Assembly: GCA_964612075.1 (NCBI GenBank)
Contig: CAZTFC010000001.1
Coordinates: 31,129-95,128, forward strand
Direction of reading: 5' to 3'
From: an uncultured bacterium
GTDB lineage: Bacteria; Desulfobacterota; Deferrimicrobia; Deferrimicrobiales; Deferrimicrobiaceae
Length of the DNA: 64,000 nucleotides
The notes beneath the pieces were generated by a model. The model made no database searches. It was not told where the DNA came from and saw only the letters and a list, made by a program, of their open reading frames with translations. The position numbers and the translations under genes are program-made. Shown in pieces: positions 60,524 through 64,000 of the stretch. Within the stretch, counting starts at the first letter, position 1; the number at the start of each line of letters is the position of its first letter.

Positions 60524-63183
60524 GACGCCCTCCTTTCACGGTAAGCCCGTCCCCGGATCCACTTGTCCAGTTCGACGGCGATCACGACGGTCAGGGAAAT
60601 CGCCACGATGAGGAGCCAGTCCGCGCCGGCGAGGGGGACCGTCCGGAAGACCCACTGCAGCGGAGGGGCGTAGAGCACGGCGAGCTGGGCGAGCAGCGCC
60701 GCGATCACGCTGTACAGAAGGAGCGGGTTACTGAGGGGGGAGATCCGGAAGACGGACCGGTGCTCGGAGCGGCTGTTCCATACCTGGAAGAACTGGAAGA
60801 GGACCATGGTCGTCATGGCGACCGACCGGGCCTTCTCGAGCGACGCGCCGTGGCGCAGCGCGCCGAAATAGGCGAACAGGATCCCCGCCGAGATGATCAG
60901 CCCGACGAGGACGGTCCGCTCGAGCAGGAGGCGGGACATGATCCCTTCCCGCGGGTCCCGCGGCGGGCGCAGGAGGGTCCCCTCCTCCCCCGGCTCGAAG
61001 GCGAGGGCGACGTCCTGCAGCCCGTTGGTCACCAGGTTGATCCACAGGATCTGCGCGGGGAGGTAGGGGGCCGGGAACCCCATGAGGACCGAGGCCAGGA
61101 TCGAGAGGATGCTGGCCAGCCCGGTGGGGATCAGGAAGAAGGTGACCTTCCGGATGTTGTCGAAGACGATCCGCCCTTCCCGTACGGCGTGGAAGATGCT
61201 GGCGAAGTTGTCGTCCGCCAGCACCATGTCCGAGGCCTCCTTGGCCACGTCGGTCCCCGTGATCCCCATCGCGATGCCGATGTGGGCGGCCTTGAGCGAG
61301 GGGGCGTCGTTCACGCCGTCCCCGGTCATGGCCACGATCTCCCCGCCGCGGATCAGCTGCTTCGCGATCCGCAGCTTGTGCTGCGGCGAGACGCGGGCGT
61401 AGACGGACACCTCTTTCGTCTTCCGGAAGAGGGCGTCGTCGTCCATCGGCTCGATTTCGCGGCCGGTCAGAACGGCGGGGTCCTTCCCCCCGATCCCCAG
61501 CCCCCGGGCGACGGCCGAGGCGGTGACCGCGTGGTCGCCGGTGATCATCACGACCCGGATTCCCGCCTTGCGGCACCCTTCCACCGCCTCGATCGCCTCC
61601 GGGCGCGCCGGGTCGATCATCCCCTGCAGGCCGGCGAAGCGGAAGCCGGACTCCGCGTCTCGGTGGTGCAGCTCCGCCGTCCCGGCGGGGGTCTCCTTCC
61701 ACGCGAAGGCGAGCACCCGGAGCCCGTCCGCGGCGAGATGCCCCGCCGTTTCGAGGATGTGCTCCTTTTCCCGCTCGCCCGCGGAGCACATCGGGACGAC
61801 CCGCTCCGGGGCGCCTTTCAGGAAGATCCGGTTCCCGTCCCGCGTCCCGTGGAGCGTCGCCATGTAGCCCCGGTCGGACTCGAAGGGGATGATCGAGAGC
61901 AGGGGGTTCCCCTCGAGTTCCCTCCCCCGCAGGATGCCGGCCTTCCCGGCCGCGACGATGAGGGCGCCTTCCGTGGGATCGCCGTCGACCCTCCATCGCC
62001 CCTCCTCTTCGCGGACCTCGGACTCCGTGCAGAGGACGCCGATCCGCAACAGCGTCGCCAGGGCCGGATTCTTCGCCGGGTCCGCCGGGTCGCCGTCCCG
62101 GAGGACCTCGCCGACCGGCTCGTAGCCGGTGCCCGTCACCTCGTACGTCCGGGCCCCGTCGTGGAGCACCTTCACCGTCATCTCGTTCCGGGTGAGCGTC
62201 CCGGTCTTGTCGCTGCAGATGACCGTCGTGCTGCCGAGCGTCTCGACGGCGGGGAGCCGGCGGACGACCGCTTTCTGGCGCGCCATGCGGCTCACCCCGA
62301 TGGCGAGAACGATCGTCACGACGATGGGAAGCCCTTCGGGCACCGCGGCGACGGCGGCGGTCACGGCGGTCATGAACATGTCCTTGACCGGCTCCCCGAC
62401 GAGGAGCCCCGCCAGGAAGAGGAGAACGGACGCCCCCAGGGCCAGGATGCCGATCATGTGCGCGAAGCGCTCCATCTTCTGCTGGAGCGGCGCCTTGGCG
62501 GCCCCCACCTCGCGGACTTCCCGCGCGATGCCCCCCAGGACGGTGGAGCTCCCGGTCGCGACGACGATCCCCCTGCCCCTGCCGTTCAGGACGATCGTCC
62601 CCATGAACGCCATGTTCCTCTGGTCGCCCGGGGTGAGGTTTTCCTCCGGAATGGGGGTGTGGATCTTCGCCGCGGGAAGCGATTCCCCGGTCAGCATCGC
62701 TTCTTCCACGGAAAGCTCCAGCGACCGGATCAGCCGCAGGTCCGCGGGCACGCGGGCGCCGGAGGTCAGGAGCACGATGTCTCCGGGCACGAGTTCCTCG
62801 CTCGGGATCTCGCGTTCCCTGCCTTCCCGGACGACCCGCGCCTTCGGCACCTCGAGCTTCCGCAGCGCGCGGACGCTTTCCTCCGCCCGGTATTCCTGGA
62901 AGAATCCGATGACGGCGTTCAGCAGAACGATGAAGAGGATGACTCCCGCGTCGGTGTACTCCCGGAGCAGCAGGGTGACCAGGGCCGCGATGAGCAGGAT
63001 ATAGATGAGAGGGCTGGTGAACTGGTTGAGGAAGATGCGGAACCGGTCGATCTCCTCCTCCCCCGCGAGCCGGTTCGGTCCGTGCTCCGCGAGCCGTTCC
63101 CGCGCCTCCGGTTCGGCGAGGCCGCTTTCCCGCGTCTTCGTCTCGAGGAATACCTGATCTGCCTCCATGCGGTACCAGTCCAT
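60520..63183 (-). CDS. Cation-transporting P-type ATPase (type IIA, Ca2+/Mg2+-ATPase-like)
   Basis: The track ORF 60520..63279 was trimmed to the Met in MDWYRMEADQ, which has a perfect RBS (AAGAGGAGG). The DKTGTLT phosphorylation motif, TGES, GDGVNDAP and 10 TM helices are present. Confidence 0.9.
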   Translation of the reverse strand: MDWYRMEADQVFLETKTRESGLAEPEARERLAEHGPNRLAGEEEIDRFRIFLNQFTSPLIYILLIAALVTLLLREYTDAGVILFIVLLNAVIGFFQEYRAEESVRALRKLEVPKARVVREGREREIPSEELVPGDIVLLTSGARVPADLRLIRSLELSVEEAMLTGESLPAAKIHTPIPEENLTPGDQRNMAFMGTIVLNGRGRGIVVATGSSTVLGGIAREVREVGAAKAPLQQKMERFAHMIGILALGASVLLFLAGLLVGEPVKDMFMTAVTAAVAAVPEGLPIVVTIVLAIGVSRMARQKAVVRRLPAVETLGSTTVICSDKTGTLTRNEMTVKVLHDGARTYEVTGTGYEPVGEVLRDGDPADPAKNPALATLLRIGVLCTESEVREEEGRWRVDGDPTEGALIVAAGKAGILRGRELEGNPLLSIIPFESDRGYMATLHGTRDGNRIFLKGAPERVVPMCSAGEREKEHILETAGHLAADGLRVLAFAWKETPAGTAELHHRDAESGFRFAGLQGMIDPARPEAIEAVEGCRKAGIRVVMITGDHAVTASAVARGLGIGGKDPAVLTGREIEPMDDDALFRKTKEVSVYARVSPQHKLRIAKQLIRGGEIVAMTGDGVNDAPSLKAAHIGIAMGITGTDVAKEASDMVLADDNFASIFHAVREGRIVFDNIRKVTFFLIPTGLASILSILASVLMGFPAPYLPAQILWINLVTNGLQDVALAFEPGEEGTLLRPPRDPREGIMSRLLLERTVLVGLIISAGILFAYFGALRHGASLEKARSVAMTTMVLFQFFQVWNSRSEHRSVFRISPLSNPLLLYSVIAALLAQLAVLYAPPLQWVFRTVPLAGADWLLIVAISLTVVIAVELDKWIRGRAYRERRAS

Positions 63184-63193
63184 GGGCCTCCTC

Positions 63194-63613
63194 TTAGCCG
63201 GTCGTTCCACGGCCGTCATCCGGCGGTTCCGCTCGCTTTTCCCCGCCGGGAGGCGGCCCCGCGACGGGGGGCGCCGCATCCCCGAAGGGATCGTACCGGT
63301 TCGCGAGCTCGTCCGTGATCCGGTCTCCCCACAGCGGGACCCCCGTGAAATAGGCCGCCCGCGCGATCATGTGGCCCGCGACGGGCGCCGTGAGGCAGAA
63401 AAAGCCGATCACGAGGAGCGCGGAAACGGTGATCCCGAAATCGGCGAAGTGGATCGCCAGCGCCAGGATCATCAGGGTGACCCCCAGCGTCGCGGCCTTG
63501 GCCGACGCCTGGACGCGGCTGTAGATGTCGGGGAAGCGGAAGACGCCGACGGCCCCGAGGAGCATGAACGCGGAGCCGAGGCAGAGCAGGATCGCGGCGG
63601 CCAGCTCCTTCAC
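63194..63613 (-). CDS. mrpG: Multisubunit Na+/H+ antiporter subunit G (MrpG/MnhG)
   Basis: The track ORF 63194..63862 was trimmed to the GTG that overlaps the mrpF stop (GTGA). It has three TM helices and the LGAVGVFRFPDIYSRVQASAKAATLG pattern typical of MnhG. Confidence 0.75.
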   Translation of the reverse strand: MKELAAAILLCLGSAFMLLGAVGVFRFPDIYSRVQASAKAATLGVTLMILALAIHFADFGITVSALLVIGFFCLTAPVAGHMIARAAYFTGVPLWGDRITDELANRYDPFGDAAPPVAGPPPGGEKRAEPPDDGRGTTG

Positions 63614-63897
63614 GGCTCCCTCCTCTCGCCGATGTAATAGGCGAACCCCACCGTGCCGAGGAACGCCAGTAGCGCCAGGACGATCGCCGAGCGCAGCAGG
63701 ATCGGCTGAAAGGTCAGGATGTCGTACGCGACGATGACCCCGACCGCCAGCAGCGCGAGGAGGTCGAGCGCCACCACGCGGTCGGCGAGGCTGGGGCCGC
63801 GCAGCAGCCGGGCCAGTGCGAGGAACATCGCGAGGCAGAGCATCGCCAGCGAGACCGTGCACGAGAGGAAGACGATCCCGGGGATCTCGAACGTCAT
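63610..63897 (-). CDS. mrpF: Multisubunit Na+/H+ antiporter subunit F (MrpF/MnhF)
   Basis: 95-aa ORF with three TM helices and the LLRGPSLADRVVALDLL MnhF signature. Its ATG overlaps the upstream mrpE stop (ATGA). Confidence 0.75.
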   Translation of the reverse strand: MTFEIPGIVFLSCTVSLAMLCLAMFLALARLLRGPSLADRVVALDLLALLAVGVIVAYDILTFQPILLRSAIVLALLAFLGTVGFAYYIGERREP

Positions 63898-64000
63898 CGC
63901 ATCACCTCGAGGAGCCGGCGTTCCAGCCCCTCCTTTATCTCCCGGCGCAGGGCGTCCGGATCGTCCAGGTACATCACGTGGATGTAGAGGCGGCCGCGGT
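63894..64000 (-). CDS. mrpE: Multisubunit Na+/H+ antiporter subunit E (MrpE/MnhE), C-terminal fragment (gene begins beyond the window)
   Basis: The minus-strand frame through the window end, translated by hand, gives ...RGRLYIHVMYLDDPDALRREIKEGLERRLLEVMR* and ends in an ATGA overlap with mrpF. Its position in the E-F-G order supports the call. Confidence 0.45.
   Translation of the reverse strand, partial: RGRLYIHVMYLDDPDALRREIKEGLERRLLEVMR

Overview
This is a 64-kb window of GC-rich (~70%) chromosomal DNA from a Gram-negative-type bacterium. Lipoboxes, PqiAB, TRAP, Mrp and sigma-54 regulators all point that way, and many neighbouring genes share ATGA/GTGA/TTGA start-stop overlaps. I found no CRISPR arrays, rRNA/tRNA genes, transposases or integrases.

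The six-frame track is dominated by very long antisense or out-of-frame ORFs, which are artefacts of the GC content. The real genes were picked out by recognisable protein families and trimmed to plausible starts. Coordinates of short motifs could be off by 1-2 nt because of hand counting.

Gene content from left to right:
- The N-terminal fragment of a periplasmic-sensor signalling protein.
- acnA.
- A single-domain response regulator + HD-GYP phosphodiesterase operon.
- tkt-tal.
- A GAF-PAS hybrid histidine kinase whose stop overlaps the start of a TatT-type TPR lipoprotein + TRAP transporter set (SBP and fused DctQM).
- A small SLOG/DprA-like protein, typA, and a ferritin-like diiron protein.
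- A roughly 275-bp imperfect palindrome between two convergent genes.
- A four-gene minus-strand operon: glycine-zipper lipoprotein, glgB, MFS transporter and a secreted metallophosphoesterase.
- An MBL-fold hydrolase, a nitronate monooxygenase and a MucR/Ros regulator sitting next to an AT-rich patch.
- An Fe/Mn-SOD-family protein, a sensor kinase and a sigma-54 NtrC-type regulator.
- pqiB, with pqiA present as two overlapping ORFs, and ybaK.
- An ion-homeostasis block: Kef-type CPA2 antiporter with an unknown translationally coupled partner, GYD, an NhaP-type CPA1 antiporter, a CPA2-UspA-UspA fusion and MscS.
- A 16.6-kb minus-strand alpha-glucan/trehalose operon (glgE, treS-mak, malQ, glgB, treZ, GH57, treY).
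- A GH100/GDE-like hydrolase, a site-2 protease with CBS domains, a P-type cation ATPase and mrpE (partial), mrpF and mrpG.

The most notable observations:
- The consolidated GlgE + TreYZ + MalQ + GH57 operon.
- A second glgB in an operon with an exporter and a secreted phosphoesterase.
- The long palindromic element with G.U-compensated arms.
- The kinase-TatT-TRAP coupling.
- Two genes (kef and the GH100-like gene) whose conserved N-termini lie upstream of any canonical start codon, so they may use CTG starts.
- The MucR-SOD module beside an AT-rich patch.
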